Part shown: one piece after another, positions 43,436 through 54,295 of the stretch
How positions within the stretch are numbered: the first letter of the stretch is position 1
How the letters are laid out: each line of letters begins with the position of its first letter
NCBI GenBank assembly: GCA_965218975.1
Contig: OZ244717.1
Span: forward strand, 1,888,001-1,952,000
Direction of reading: 5' to 3'
Origin: Candidatus Oxydemutatoraceae bacterium
GTDB taxonomy: Bacteria; Pseudomonadota; Gammaproteobacteria; Poriferisulfidales; Oxydemutatoraceae
Length of the DNA stretch: 64,000 nt
Translations under genes and position numbers: made by a program
Notes under the pieces: generated by a model
What the model saw: only the letters and a program-made list of their open reading frames with translations
Database searches by the model: none
What the model was told of the DNA's origin: nothing

Positions 43436-44653
43436 ATGTCCGAATTCCTTAAACCGCGCCGACAATCGGTCATAATAAAAGTCGGCAATGTTCCGATCGG
43501 CGGCGATATGCCCGTCGTTGTCCAATCAATGACTGATACCGATACCGCCGACATTGAAGCGACCTCCAAGCAAATTGCCGAACTTACCCGCGCCGGAGCC
43601 GAAATCGTACGCATTACCGTCAACAATGAAGCCGCAGCGCACGCAGTGCCGAAAATTGTCGAGCGAATCCAAGCCTCCGTAGACCGAGTTCCGGTAGTCG
43701 GCGATTTCCACTTCAACGGACATCGCTTGTTAAAGAAGTATCCGGAATGCGGACGGGCGCTTGATAAACTACGTATCAATCCGGGTAATGTCGGTAAAGG
43801 GCGCCGCCATGATCAGCAATTTACAGAAATCATCGAATTTTGCTGCAAGTATCAAAAGCCGGTACGCATCGGCGTGAATTGGGGAAGTTTGGACCAGGCG
43901 CTGTTGGCAAAACGGTTAGATAAAAATAACAAACTGACCAATCCGCAACCTTTAGAAAACGTTATGCGCGAAACAATTGTCCAATCGGCGTTGAGCAGCG
44001 CAAGCTTCGCCGAGCATATCGGTTTGTCTCACGACCGGATTATTATTTCATCGAAGCTTAGTCATGTCGGGCAAATGGTAAAAACTTATCGCCTTCTGGC
44101 CGCTCAATGTGATTACCCTCTGCATCTCGGACTCACCGAAGCAGGTTTGGGACGACGTGCGGTGGTCGCATCAACCGCTGCATTAACGCTCTTACTGCAA
44201 GAAGGTATCGGCGATACCATTCGCATATCATTGACACCGGAACCTGCGACCGGACGTGCGGAAGAAGTGCGTGTTGCATGGGAAGTACTTAAAAGTCTTG
44301 GTCTGCGCGCCTATTCCCCCGAAGTCGTCGCATGTCCCGGTTGCGGACGAACGAATAGCGATTACTTCCAGCGCCTAGCGCGTGAAATACAAACTTTTAT
44401 CGAGCAAAAGATACCCGAATGGAAAAAGAACCACTGCGGCGTGGAAGACATGACCGTTGCCGTAATGGGATGCGTGGTGAACGGACCCGGGGAAAGCAGC
44501 CATGCCAACATCGGTATCAGTCTGCCCGGCTCGGGCGAACGGCCAGTCGCACCTGTTTACATTGACGGAGAAAGACACATTACTTTGAAGGGCAATACCA
44601 TTGCCAAAGACTTCAAAGCCTTAATTGAAAACTACGTAGCAAGTCATTACTAA
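43436..44653 (+). CDS. ispG: HMBPP synthase
   Basis: VVQSMT, RINPGN, LHLGLTEAG, GIGDTIRISL, CPGCGR, VMGCVVNGPGE. Confidence 0.98.
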   Translation: MSEFLKPRRQSVIIKVGNVPIGGDMPVVVQSMTDTDTADIEATSKQIAELTRAGAEIVRITVNNEAAAHAVPKIVERIQASVDRVPVVGDFHFNGHRLLKKYPECGRALDKLRINPGNVGKGRRHDQQFTEIIEFCCKYQKPVRIGVNWGSLDQALLAKRLDKNNKLTNPQPLENVMRETIVQSALSSASFAEHIGLSHDRIIISSKLSHVGQMVKTYRLLAAQCDYPLHLGLTEAGLGRRAVVASTAALTLLLQEGIGDTIRISLTPEPATGRAEEVRVAWEVLKSLGLRAYSPEVVACPGCGRTNSDYFQRLAREIQTFIEQKIPEWKKNHCGVEDMTVAVMGCVVNGPGESSHANIGISLPGSGERPVAPVYIDGERHITLKGNTIAKDFKALIENYVASHY

Positions 44654-45417
44654 ACATCGCTTACAAAACTTTGCGCAAGGTCGCCCCATAAAGCCTGCGC
44701 CAACACAATCGCCGTTAGCGCCGCAGTTTCGACTCTTAGAATATGTCGCCCGATATGCACCGGAATGAAACCAAGGCGTGTAATAAGCGCTTTGTCATGT
44801 TCGGAGAAATCCCCTTCAGGCCCAATGAGCAATACCAACCGCGACGGCGGCTGATCTTGCAATGACTGAAGTTTTGTCACCAGACTTTCCGCCGCACCTG
44901 GAATCAACGCCAATAACACCGCTTCGTCGGGAGGCGTGATATCAGATAATGGCACGGGGGACCGAATAGCTGGCACTGTAACTCGCGCGCATTGCTCGGC
45001 GGCGCTGATTACCACTTCTTGCCAATGCCTACGCTTTTTTTCAAAGTCGCTTCGTAGATTGTGTTGTGAATATTCCGTAATCACCGGTTGCACATTACAA
45101 ACCTCTAGTTCGGTCGCTTTTTGCAAAGCAAGATCCATGCTATGGCTCTTGGCAACCGCAAGAAATAATTCAATAGCAAGCGAAGACTTCAATCCGTCCG
45201 CGCCGCAACGAACCGACTCACATGATAATTCGGCGCGATGACGCGTTATGACCCGCAGACGACTTTGGTATTCCTTCCCGTCACCATTGAAAAGGTACAC
45301 GATATCCCCCGGCAGCAAACGCAAAACATGAGCGATATAATGATGCTGCTTGCCGGTTAAGCTGACTACACTATCGCAAGCTAAAGGTTTACAAACATAA
45401 ATACACGGCGCTCTCAT
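44650..45417 (-). CDS. rsmE: 16S rRNA m3U1498 methyltransferase
   Basis: HVLRL, QKATEL, AAEQC, IGPEG, ILRVETA. Confidence 0.95.
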   Translation of the reverse strand: MRAPCIYVCKPLACDSVVSLTGKQHHYIAHVLRLLPGDIVYLFNGDGKEYQSRLRVITRHRAELSCESVRCGADGLKSSLAIELFLAVAKSHSMDLALQKATELEVCNVQPVITEYSQHNLRSDFEKKRRHWQEVVISAAEQCARVTVPAIRSPVPLSDITPPDEAVLLALIPGAAESLVTKLQSLQDQPPSRLVLLIGPEGDFSEHDKALITRLGFIPVHIGRHILRVETAALTAIVLAQALWGDLAQSFVSDV

Positions 45418-45465
45418 GGCGGATTTCCCGTTGGGGAAAAATGACGATCATATCAACTCGCGCGA

Positions 45466-46776
45466 TCAATACCTATAATTATCGGATTTATAAGGACCTG
45501 CAACCTCAACTCCGATATACTTGGCTTGTTCGGGTGTAAGCCGGGTCAATTTCGCACCAATCTTGTCGAGGTGCAACCGAGCAACTTCTTCATCCAAATG
45601 TTTGGGCAAGATATAAACGCCAGTTTGATACCGTGCATAATTCTGCCATAGTTCCATCTGCGCCAACACCTGATTCGTAAATGAATTGGACATGACAAAA
45701 CTCGGATGTCCGGTCGCACAACCCAAATTGACCAACCGTCCTTCCGCCAGCAAGATAATCCGTTTTCCACCGGGAAAAACAACATGGTCAACTTGCGGTT
45801 TGATATTTTCCCAAACGTAATCTTTCAATGAGGAAACGTCAATTTCATTATCGAAGTGGCCAATATTGCAAACAATTGCCTGATCCTTCATCTCACGCAT
45901 ATGATCGCGGGTAATAACTTGATAATTACCGGTAGCGGAAACAAAAATATCGGCTTTTGCCGCCGCCTCTTCCATAGTTACCACCGCATAACCTTCCATT
46001 GCCGCTTGTAACGCGCATATCGGATCAATCTCAGTCACCCAGACAATACAGCCCTGACCGCGCAACGATTGCGCGCAGCCTTTGCCAACATTGCCATAAC
46101 CGCAAACTACCGCAATTTTCCCGGCAATCATCACATCGGTGGCACGTTTAATACCATCAAGCAGTGATTCCCTACAGCCGTAGATATTGTCAAATTTTGA
46201 TTTGGTCACCGAATCATTCACATTGAACGCGACTGTTTTCAATGTACCGTTACCCTGCATTTCATATAAACGTTTCACGCCGGTTGTAGTCTCTTCCGAA
46301 ATCCCACGTAAATTTTCGAATAGTTCGGAATGACGATCGTGCACCCGCTGCGTCAGATCGCCGCCATCATCAAGCAATAAATTCGGCCGCCAATCATCGC
46401 GCCCAAGAATTGATTGCTCAATGCACCACCAATACTCGCTCTCTGTCTCACCCTTCCACGCAAACACCGGCACATCCGCCGCTGCCATTGCCGCGGCAGC
46501 ATGATCTTGGGTGGAGAAAATATTGCATGAAGCCCAGCGCACTTCGGCTCCCAACGCGACCAAGGTCTCAATCAACACCGCAGTTTGCACGGTCATGTGC
46601 AAGCAGCCTGTAATGCGTGCACCGCGCAGCGGTTGATCCTTGGTGTAGCGTTCGCGTAACGTCATCAATCCTGGCATTTCGGTTTCGGCAATGGCGATTT
46701 CCTTGCGTCCCCATTCGGCGAGGCTTAAATCCGCAACTTTGTAATCCGCATGCAATTGGGTGGCTACTTGATTCAT
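45466..46776 (-). CDS. ahcY: Adenosylhomocysteinase
   Basis: [43 protein letters not shown]. Confidence 0.98.
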   Translation of the reverse strand: MNQVATQLHADYKVADLSLAEWGRKEIAIAETEMPGLMTLRERYTKDQPLRGARITGCLHMTVQTAVLIETLVALGAEVRWASCNIFSTQDHAAAAMAAADVPVFAWKGETESEYWWCIEQSILGRDDWRPNLLLDDGGDLTQRVHDRHSELFENLRGISEETTTGVKRLYEMQGNGTLKTVAFNVNDSVTKSKFDNIYGCRESLLDGIKRATDVMIAGKIAVVCGYGNVGKGCAQSLRGQGCIVWVTEIDPICALQAAMEGYAVVTMEEAAAKADIFVSATGNYQVITRDHMREMKDQAIVCNIGHFDNEIDVSSLKDYVWENIKPQVDHVVFPGGKRIILLAEGRLVNLGCATGHPSFVMSNSFTNQVLAQMELWQNYARYQTGVYILPKHLDEEVARLHLDKIGAKLTRLTPEQAKYIGVEVAGPYKSDNYRY

Positions 46777-46812
46777 TTTGCTCCTAAAAATTCTTGAATT
46801 ACCGATAGATAA

Positions 46813-47982
46813 TTATTGTCGTAGATGATCAATTTTATCACACTGCTCCCATGGAAAATCCGCTCTGCCAAAATGTCCGTAAGCGGCAGTCGGCTGATAA
46901 ATAGGCCTTAACAGATCCAGTTCGCAAATAATCTCCTGCGGACTTAAATTAAAGTGCCGATTGACCAGCATTTCAATATCAGCGTCGGAAATTTTTCCGC
47001 TGCCGAAAGTATCAACCATTACCGAAACCGGTCGATCAATGCCAATTGCATACGCAATTTGAATCTCACATTGCTTTGCTAGCCCCGCAGCAACGATATT
47101 CTTTGCAATATAACGTGCCGCATACGCTGCTGAGCGATCGACTTTTGACGGATCCTTCCCGGAAAAAGCCCCGCCGCCATGACGTGCCATACCGCCGTAA
47201 GTATCAACAATAATTTTTCTTCCGGTCAGACCGCAATCACCTTTCGGACCGCCGATCTCAAAACGACCGGTAGGGTTAATATAAATTTGCGGATTTGTGC
47301 GCAACCATCGTTGGGGTAATACCGGAAGTATCACCGTTTCCATTACCGCTTCTTTCACCTGTGCCTGTGTTGCGTCAGGTGTGTGCTGCGTTGACAAAAC
47401 AATCGTTTCAATTGCCACCGGCTTGCCGCCGCGGTAACGAAAAGTCAACTGACCTTTAGCGTCGGGACGGAAAATACCCACACTTCCGTCTTTACGCGCT
47501 TGGGCTTGGGCTTTAAGCAGCCGGTGCGCATAATAGATCGGCGCCGGCATATATTGATCCGTCTCATCGCAAGCATAGCCGAACATCAGACCCTGATCCC
47601 CAGCGCCTTGCTTTTTCAGAGCGTTACTATCCACTCCGTCGGCAATATCTCGCGACTGAGCCCCGATCCGCAACATAATTTCACAACTATCGAAACAAAA
47701 TCCCAATGCTTCGTCGGTATAACCAATCTCACGGACCACGCCGCGAATAATCGCATCATAGTCTATTGAATTTTTCGATGAGATTTCACCGGCACATACA
47801 ATGTAATTGTCTTTCACCAAAGCTTCGCAAGCACAACGAGCATAAGGGTCCTTCATCAGGAGCGCGTCAAGCACCGCATCGGAAATTTGGTCGCAGATTT
47901 TATCCGGATGCCCTTCGGACACCGATTCTGAAGTGAAAAGGAAGTCTCCCCGCCCTGCGGCGCTCTGATTGATTTTCGTCAT
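46813..47982 (-). CDS. metK: S-adenosylmethionine synthetase
   Basis: [28 protein letters not shown]. Confidence 0.98.
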   Translation of the reverse strand: MTKINQSAAGRGDFLFTSESVSEGHPDKICDQISDAVLDALLMKDPYARCACEALVKDNYIVCAGEISSKNSIDYDAIIRGVVREIGYTDEALGFCFDSCEIMLRIGAQSRDIADGVDSNALKKQGAGDQGLMFGYACDETDQYMPAPIYYAHRLLKAQAQARKDGSVGIFRPDAKGQLTFRYRGGKPVAIETIVLSTQHTPDATQAQVKEAVMETVILPVLPQRWLRTNPQIYINPTGRFEIGGPKGDCGLTGRKIIVDTYGGMARHGGGAFSGKDPSKVDRSAAYAARYIAKNIVAAGLAKQCEIQIAYAIGIDRPVSVMVDTFGSGKISDADIEMLVNRHFNLSPQEIICELDLLRPIYQPTAAYGHFGRADFPWEQCDKIDHLRQ

Positions 47983-47998
47983 CCGATTTTCGTCATCC
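47971..47998. repeat. 14-bp tandem duplication spanning the metK start codon
   Basis: GATTTTCGTCATCC x2. Confidence 0.92.
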
Positions 47999-48121
47999 GA
48001 TAGAACGATTTGGAAAAATTATAGCACACATTCGCAATAAGAGCCGACAATAGCAACAGGCGCTTTGAAAAAGTATAATACTTTCCAAATAAAATTCTTC
48101 AACAAACAACGTCGGAATATT

Positions 48122-48676
48122 ATGGTAAAAAAAGCATCTCCTATCTGCAATTTCGGTGAGGCGGCAAATGATTTTAGTTTGCCCGGCACCGACGGCAAAA
48201 CTTACACGCTCGATAGTTGCCGCGGTGCAAACGGCACTCTAGTGATGTTCATCTGTAATCACTGTCCCTTCGTCAAAGCAATTCGAGAAAAATTGGTGCG
48301 CGACACGCAAGCGCTTGAAAGTTATGGTATCAAAAGCGTGGCGATTATGTCCAATGATCCGACCGACTATGTTGAAGATTCGTTTGACAATATGCAAAAA
48401 ATCGCACGACAATTCAATTATACTTTCCCGTATCTGTTTGATAAAACTCAAGCAGTCGCAGAAGCGTACGGCGCAATATGCACGCCTGACTTTTTCGGCT
48501 ATAACGCCGATTTAAAACTACAATACCGCGGACGTTTGGACGATAGCGGTATGGACAACAAACCAAATGCCAAGCGCGAATTGTTTTTAGCGATGAAAAT
48601 GGTCGCACAAACCGGGAAGGGACCAAAAGATCAACATCTCACAGTCGGATGCTCAATCAAATGGTTGACCCCATAA
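48122..48676 (+). CDS. Thioredoxin-like AhpC/TSA family protein
   Basis: MFICNHCPFV, CTPDFF, YRGRLDD, GCSIKW. Confidence 0.92.
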   Translation: MVKKASPICNFGEAANDFSLPGTDGKTYTLDSCRGANGTLVMFICNHCPFVKAIREKLVRDTQALESYGIKSVAIMSNDPTDYVEDSFDNMQKIARQFNYTFPYLFDKTQAVAEAYGAICTPDFFGYNADLKLQYRGRLDDSGMDNKPNAKRELFLAMKMVAQTGKGPKDQHLTVGCSIKWLTP

Positions 48677-48679
48677 CGA

Positions 48680-50527
48680 TTGCGTATGGGTGATATCCCA
48701 TTGAAGTATTTGTGGCCGCTGTTGCTTGTCGCATTGAATCTGAACGGATGCGCCGGTAAACAGATTGATTTAATGAGTCTGTTTCAACAGACACAGATGC
48801 AGCAAAGCTATGCTCAAGCGGAAAAACTCTTAATAACAAATAAACCCGTTTCTGCGGCAAAGCTGTTATGGGAAAATGCGCCGAAATTGCCGCCGCCTCA
48901 TCGCCAGGAAATGCAAATCCATGCTGCTGAAATTTTGCTTGATCACCGCTATCCCCTAGCAGCTTATCACTATCTGACACAGATTGACGAAACGGAGATC
49001 AAAGATAATCTGCTGCTTAGAAAACGCATTGTCGATGCGCGTTTCTATGACGAAAGCCGGCAATATGACAGAATTTTAACTTCACTGCCGAATACATTGA
49101 TCGCAAACGTTGATCGTGCAAACAAAATTATCGCGCTGCAGTTGATTGCCGCCGCGCTTCCTCATACTAATCAAATCATAAAGGGCATCGGCACACGGCT
49201 TGAATTGAATCGTTTGCTTGAGAAGAAGCAACGTGATGACAATATCTTATCCTTGTGGCGATTGGTTGCTCTGATCAATCCGCATGAGGCACAACGCGAA
49301 CTCGACAAGCAACCGCCAAAAAATACAGCGGCTTGGTTAAAACTCGCACTCTTGGCAACACCCAGTGCGGTTGACATCGCACAATTAAAAAACGAATTTA
49401 TCAGATGGAAAGAACAAAATCAACATTGGCAGTTGCCTAAATCAGTCGACCGGGAATTGCTGGAACGCTGGAAATATTTGAGCTTCGACCCCGAAAAAAT
49501 CGCGGTCATACTGCCGCTAACCGGACCGTATGCAAAATACGGCAAAATGGTACGTGACGGACTATTGTTTGCTCAAAAGTATCAGGAACAATCAACTCGA
49601 ACTTTGCAGTTTTACAATACTGATATTGAAGAGAACACTTCCACTCTTTACCGTACCGTCATTGCGGATGGAGCTGAATTAATTATCGGACCGTTGATTA
49701 AACAACGGGTTCAAGAATTGCTTAATATTGCGACCGATGAGGTGCCGATTATTACTTTAAACTACTCCGCCAGCCCTGCCCAACAACAGCAGGAGATCTT
49801 CCAGTTCGGCTTACTGCCCGAGGATGAAGCAATACAAGTTGCTTTGAAAGTTCGCGATACCGAACATCGCTTTGTGATAGTTCTGACTCCAAATAACGCA
49901 TGGGGGGAACGGCTCAGCGATGCATTTGTTAATCAATACCTGGAACTCGGCGGGCAAATCAGGCAAATAGTTCATTATGATCCGTCATTGGTTGACTATA
50001 CATCCGTGATTGAGGATATTTTTCAATTGACGGAAAGCCGTCAGAGACAGAGGCAACTGAGCCAAGTTATCGGTTATAAACCGGAATTTTCTCCACGTAT
50101 CCGCGATGATTTGGATGCCGCAATTCTGTTTGCCGACGACCGCAGCGCGACGATACTCTACCCGCAGATGAAATACTATTACGTTGACAAACTCCCCGCT
50201 TACGCCACTTCGCATGTCTACACTCCGACATCCAATCCGAAAAATAGAGATTTGGACGGACTAATCTATTGCGATGCACCGGCAATCATCGGCCAACATC
50301 ACGATATGTTTGGTGGCAAAGAAAAAGACCCCAGATTTCGTCTCTTTGCTTTGGGGGTTGACAGTTACAATCTCATTACAAACTTTCGCCGCATGAATAT
50401 TACGCACATTGCATACCCGGGTTTAACCGGCAAACTAACCATCGGTAACCATCGTCGCTTATTCAGAAAGTTGCGTTGGGCAAAATTCAGAAACGGTAAA
50501 CCTGAACCGCTCAATCCGCTACAATAA
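48680..50527 (+). CDS. lpoA: Penicillin-binding protein activator LpoA (lipoprotein)
   Basis: LNGC lipobox, IAVILPLTG, IIGPLIK, FGLLPEDEA, RLFALGVD; upstream of yraN; start uncertain. Confidence 0.9.
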   Translation: MRMGDIPLKYLWPLLLVALNLNGCAGKQIDLMSLFQQTQMQQSYAQAEKLLITNKPVSAAKLLWENAPKLPPPHRQEMQIHAAEILLDHRYPLAAYHYLTQIDETEIKDNLLLRKRIVDARFYDESRQYDRILTSLPNTLIANVDRANKIIALQLIAAALPHTNQIIKGIGTRLELNRLLEKKQRDDNILSLWRLVALINPHEAQRELDKQPPKNTAAWLKLALLATPSAVDIAQLKNEFIRWKEQNQHWQLPKSVDRELLERWKYLSFDPEKIAVILPLTGPYAKYGKMVRDGLLFAQKYQEQSTRTLQFYNTDIEENTSTLYRTVIADGAELIIGPLIKQRVQELLNIATDEVPIITLNYSASPAQQQQEIFQFGLLPEDEAIQVALKVRDTEHRFVIVLTPNNAWGERLSDAFVNQYLELGGQIRQIVHYDPSLVDYTSVIEDIFQLTESRQRQRQLSQVIGYKPEFSPRIRDDLDAAILFADDRSATILYPQMKYYYVDKLPAYATSHVYTPTSNPKNRDLDGLIYCDAPAIIGQHHDMFGGKEKDPRFRLFALGVDSYNLITNFRRMNITHIAYPGLTGKLTIGNHRRLFRKLRWAKFRNGKPEPLNPLQ

Positions 50528-50880
50528 TGCAAACTGCCAAAGACAAAGGACGCCAAATTGAACGGTTAGCAAAAACGTTTCTTGAAAAAAAGCGATTGAA
50601 AACCATCCGCTGTAATTACTTAACGCGCGGCGGGGAAATTGATTTAATTATGCGTGACCGTGATACATTGGTGTTTGTCGAAGTCAGATATCGTAAAAAC
50701 ACTCTGTGGGGCAGTGCGCTTGAAACGGTTGATATTTACAAACAAAAGAAAATTATTTCAACGGCAGAAATGTTCTTAAGCGAACACCCGCATCAAGGAC
50801 CGATACGGTTTGACGTGCTTACTTATGAAGGGCAAAACCCAAACCCGCAATGGACACGGAGCGCCTTTGATGCCAATTAA
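50527..50880 (+). CDS. yraN: YraN/UPF0102-family protein
   Basis: GEIDLIM...LVFVEVRYR...RFDV. Confidence 0.93.
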   Translation: MQTAKDKGRQIERLAKTFLEKKRLKTIRCNYLTRGGEIDLIMRDRDTLVFVEVRYRKNTLWGSALETVDIYKQKKIISTAEMFLSEHPHQGPIRFDVLTYEGQNPNPQWTRSAFDAN

Positions 50881-50907
50881 TTCGGCGATGATACAATATG
50901 CGTCACC

Positions 50908-51495
50908 ATGAATAACGCAGATTATGTAAAGACGCTGTTTGAAGACAGTATCCTAATCAAGCAGCGCGCGCTCACAGCATTGCAAGGCTCCATCATCAAT
51001 GCAGCTCAACGCATGATTTTGTGCTTGCAGAGGGGTGGAACCATTTTCAGCTGCGGCAACGGCGGGTCCGCCGCCGATGCGCAACATTTCTCTTCCGAGC
51101 TCATTAATCGGTTTGAAACCGACCGTCGCGGACTCCGCGGCATTGCATTGAGCACCGACACATCAACATTGACATCTATCGCAAACGACAACAATTTTGA
51201 AGAAGTTTTTGCTCGTCAACTACAAGCATTAAGCAAAGAAAACGACCTCCTTCTCGCAATTAGTACCAGCGGAAAATCAAGCAATGTGAATCGTGCCGTA
51301 CAGGTTGCACAGCAACGCAACATCGGTGTTGTCGCATTGAGCGGCAAAGACGGGGGCAAGCTGGCATCATTGCTGAAAGCGGACGACATTGAAATTCGCG
51401 TGCCGGCGGAAATTACCGCACGCATCCAAGAAGTGCATTTGCTTGTCATACATTGTTTATGCGGTCTGCTCGAAAACCACTTTTGCGATGCCTAG
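50908..51495 (+). CDS. gmhA: Phosphoheptose isomerase (SIS domain)
   Basis: CGNGGSAADAQHF, STSG, ARIQEVH...IHCLC with the distal His retained. Confidence 0.85.
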   Translation: MNNADYVKTLFEDSILIKQRALTALQGSIINAAQRMILCLQRGGTIFSCGNGGSAADAQHFSSELINRFETDRRGLRGIALSTDTSTLTSIANDNNFEEVFARQLQALSKENDLLLAISTSGKSSNVNRAVQVAQQRNIGVVALSGKDGGKLASLLKADDIEIRVPAEITARIQEVHLLVIHCLCGLLENHFCDA

Positions 51496-52882
51496 ATCGC
51501 TGGTTGACAATCATAAAATAATTAATGCGCTGCGCCGAACAAACGCAAAAATTCTCACTAATGTTTCGGATTGCTGGTCTTACGGCTCCGACAATAGCCG
51601 TCTGCATGAAACTCCCGCGGCGGTTGCTTTGGTCACAAGTCACGAACAAGTCTTATCCATTGTAAATATCTGTAACAAAGCACGGATTCCAATTACCGCG
51701 CGCGGGCGAGGCACCGGAACGACTGGCGCCGCAGTTCCTGATCGCGGCGGATTAGTCATTTCATTTGAACGTATGCAAAACATTTTGGAAATTGATCCCA
51801 AAAGCAGAACTTTGCGCGCTCAAACCGGAGTTATTAATCAAAAAATTCAAGACTATTGCAAACCCTATGGATTCTTCTGGCCGCCGGATCCCGGGAGCGC
51901 CGAATTTTGCACTTTGGGCGGCAATATCGCTTGTAATGCAGCTGGTCCTAAAGCAATTAAATACGGAACCGTCAGGGAGAACACTCTGGGGTTAAAAGCG
52001 GTAAGCGGCGGCGGTAAAGAAATTATTGCCGGCGTGCAAACCACTAAAGGCGTAGTCGGGCTTGATCTGACGCGTCTACTAATCGGATCGGAGGGAACAT
52101 TGGCATTAATCACCGAAGCGGTTTTGAAGCTGACACCTTTGCCAACGCATTACAGAACCATGCGGGTACTTTATCGTCAGCTTGAATCTGCCGCCGATGC
52201 GGTTGCCGCGATTGCAGCGCAAACTTTCACGCCATCCGCATTGGAGCTAATCGACAAAACATCTCTTCTGTTAGTCAAAGAGCAAGCCGGATTTGACCTG
52301 CCTCGGGAAGCGCAAGCGATGTTGTTGATTGAAGCTGACGGCGACGAAAAAACTATTGAAGCGGCTACAATAAACATTCGACGAGCGGCCGAAAATGAGA
52401 GTCTATTATGCTTTGATATTGCGTCAAACGAAGAAGACGCAATGATATTGCGCGATGCTCGTAAGAAATTGTCTCCGGCTCTGCGACAAATTGCCGGTGG
52501 AAAAATTAATGAAGATATCGTGGTACCGGTATCAAAAATTGCCGCTTTTATTCGAAAAGTTGAGGCTTTATCAAAATTGCACCAGCTCACAATCGCAACA
52601 TTCGGTCATGCGGGTAATGGCAATTTGCACGTAAATATTTTATTCGACCCTGAAATTGACAAACAAAAACAGGCAGCGCAAGAATGTTTGCTACAGGTGC
52701 TGGATGCAACTCTCGTGCTTGGCGGAACGCTATCGGGCGAACATGGAATCGGGCTGGTAAAACGTGACTATGTTCGCAATGAAATTCCTAAAAATACTTT
52801 GGATATAATGCATGCAATCACCCGTTCATTCGACCCAAACAATATACTCAATCCCGGCAAGTCATTGCCTAGCCGCGACTAG
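51488..52882 (+). CDS. FAD-linked oxidase (GlcD/D-2-hydroxyacid dehydrogenase family)
   Basis: PDPGS, GGNIACNAAG, GSEGTL, GHAGNGNLH, SGEHGIG, LNPGK. Confidence 0.92.
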   Translation: MPRSLVDNHKIINALRRTNAKILTNVSDCWSYGSDNSRLHETPAAVALVTSHEQVLSIVNICNKARIPITARGRGTGTTGAAVPDRGGLVISFERMQNILEIDPKSRTLRAQTGVINQKIQDYCKPYGFFWPPDPGSAEFCTLGGNIACNAAGPKAIKYGTVRENTLGLKAVSGGGKEIIAGVQTTKGVVGLDLTRLLIGSEGTLALITEAVLKLTPLPTHYRTMRVLYRQLESAADAVAAIAAQTFTPSALELIDKTSLLLVKEQAGFDLPREAQAMLLIEADGDEKTIEAATINIRRAAENESLLCFDIASNEEDAMILRDARKKLSPALRQIAGGKINEDIVVPVSKIAAFIRKVEALSKLHQLTIATFGHAGNGNLHVNILFDPEIDKQKQAAQECLLQVLDATLVLGGTLSGEHGIGLVKRDYVRNEIPKNTLDIMHAITRSFDPNNILNPGKSLPSRD

Positions 52883-53515
52883 CTAAAATGCTTCGGGGTT
52901 AAGATCAAGCTCTTCTTCGGTAAGACTTTGCCGGAAACTCGGACGTAAAAACATGCGTTTCTGATACTTCAAAACCGCTGTGTGACGAACGTGAATGCCA
53001 ATGGACGGCAAACGCCATAAAATCGGCACAAGCGTGCAATCAATCAAAGTGATTTCATCACTCATAAAAAACGGTTTCTGTTTGAAAATGTCTCCATAGA
53101 AATCAATTTCTTCTTGCAAAAACTTAACCGAGTTTGCAACGGTTTTTTTATTTGGCGAAGCAGTTTTTTTCAGCGCCTTAAACCAATTTTCTTCAATATG
53201 CGCCAATGCGATCTTGAGGCGCGCACGCATCATCGGCTCAATCGGCATCAACGGCGGATGCGGAAATCGTTCATCCAGATACTCACATACGATCAACGGT
53301 CGAGTTAATGCCAAGTCGCGATCTGAAAAAAAGGGTAAATGCCCGGTAGGATTAATGATCGTGAAATCTTGCGGGAGCTCTTTCGGATTTTCGATTAGAA
53401 TGGATTTGTACCCGACATCTTTTTCCGAAAGCACCATTTTGATACGATGACTTTGAGGACATAAAGGCTCTGAATATAAAAAGATTGACGAATGATCGCC
53501 GGTAAGAAAACTCAT
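52883..53515 (-). CDS. sspA: Stringent starvation protein A (GST-like)
   Basis: SHR...VLSEK, EYLDERFPHPPLMP, PILWRL; directly after petC. Confidence 0.92.
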   Translation of the reverse strand: MSFLTGDHSSIFLYSEPLCPQSHRIKMVLSEKDVGYKSILIENPKELPQDFTIINPTGHLPFFSDRDLALTRPLIVCEYLDERFPHPPLMPIEPMMRARLKIALAHIEENWFKALKKTASPNKKTVANSVKFLQEEIDFYGDIFKQKPFFMSDEITLIDCTLVPILWRLPSIGIHVRHTAVLKYQKRMFLRPSFRQSLTEEELDLNPEAF

Positions 53516-53545
53516 TAACCCCCCCCCGCAACTAAATTAAGATTT

Positions 53546-54295
53546 TTATCGAATATCTTTCCAGTATTCATACTTCAGCGCGTAAGTCGTGCCAAGTAAA
53601 ATAAATAAGAACAAAAGAACCCATATTCCCATTGATTTGCGCTGATTAGCAATCGGCTCGGACAAATACGTCATAAAAGCAACTAAATCCAGCAACATAT
53701 CGTCATACTCTTCCGGCGTTAAAATACCGTCAGTGATTTGTTTGAAACCGACTACTCTACTAGCATCAGACCCGTCGGAATGTTTGAATGTTTTATAGAC
53801 CGGCCTCTGCCAGCCTTGTAATTCCCAAAGCACATGTGGCATTGCAACATTTTGAAATAATGCGTTATTAACTCCCATAGGCCTTTTTTCATCTATATAA
53901 AACGATCTTAAATAAGTGTACAGCCAGTCCGGACTGCGTGAACGGGCAACTAAAGTTAAATCGGGAGGCGCCGCCCCAAACCACTGCAGAGATTCGTCAT
54001 CGGTCATTGAAACCGTCATTAAATCACCAATCTTTTGCTTGGTAAAAATCAAATATTTCTCGACATATTCCTCAGAGATATCCAGATCGGCTCCGATGCG
54101 GTTGTAGCGGCTGTATTTGGCGCTGTGACAGCTCAGACAGTAATTGACAAAATATTTCGCTCCGCGCTGTAAAGATGCCTTATTATGAGAAGCGATATTC
54201 GCTTTCTGCAAGGGGAAATCGGTCGTCGCCGCACTCGCCGATAGAACATAAATCGCGCATAAAATCACGACCGTCCGGCACAAAATACGCATCAA
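53546..54295 (-). CDS. petC: Cytochrome c1
   Basis: SLQRGAKYFVNYCLSCH, PPDLTL, AMPHVL, C-terminal TM and EYWKDI. Confidence 0.97.
   Translation of the reverse strand: MMRILCRTVVILCAIYVLSASAATTDFPLQKANIASHNKASLQRGAKYFVNYCLSCHSAKYSRYNRIGADLDISEEYVEKYLIFTKQKIGDLMTVSMTDDESLQWFGAAPPDLTLVARSRSPDWLYTYLRSFYIDEKRPMGVNNALFQNVAMPHVLWELQGWQRPVYKTFKHSDGSDASRVVGFKQITDGILTPEEYDDMLLDLVAFMTYLSEPIANQRKSMGIWVLLFLFILLGTTYALKYEYWKDIR

Noticed and set aside
43432-43779. 115-aa ORF antisense to ispG, and similar shadow ORFs across the window
   Set aside because: They lie opposite conserved genes and have no independent motifs.
46777-46812. SAH riboswitch upstream of ahcY
   Set aside because: Only 36 nt between metK and ahcY, with no recognisable structure.
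50908-51495. diaA call based on its position after yraN
   Set aside because: Retains the His in IHCLC typical of catalytic GmhA; gmhA preferred, though not certain.
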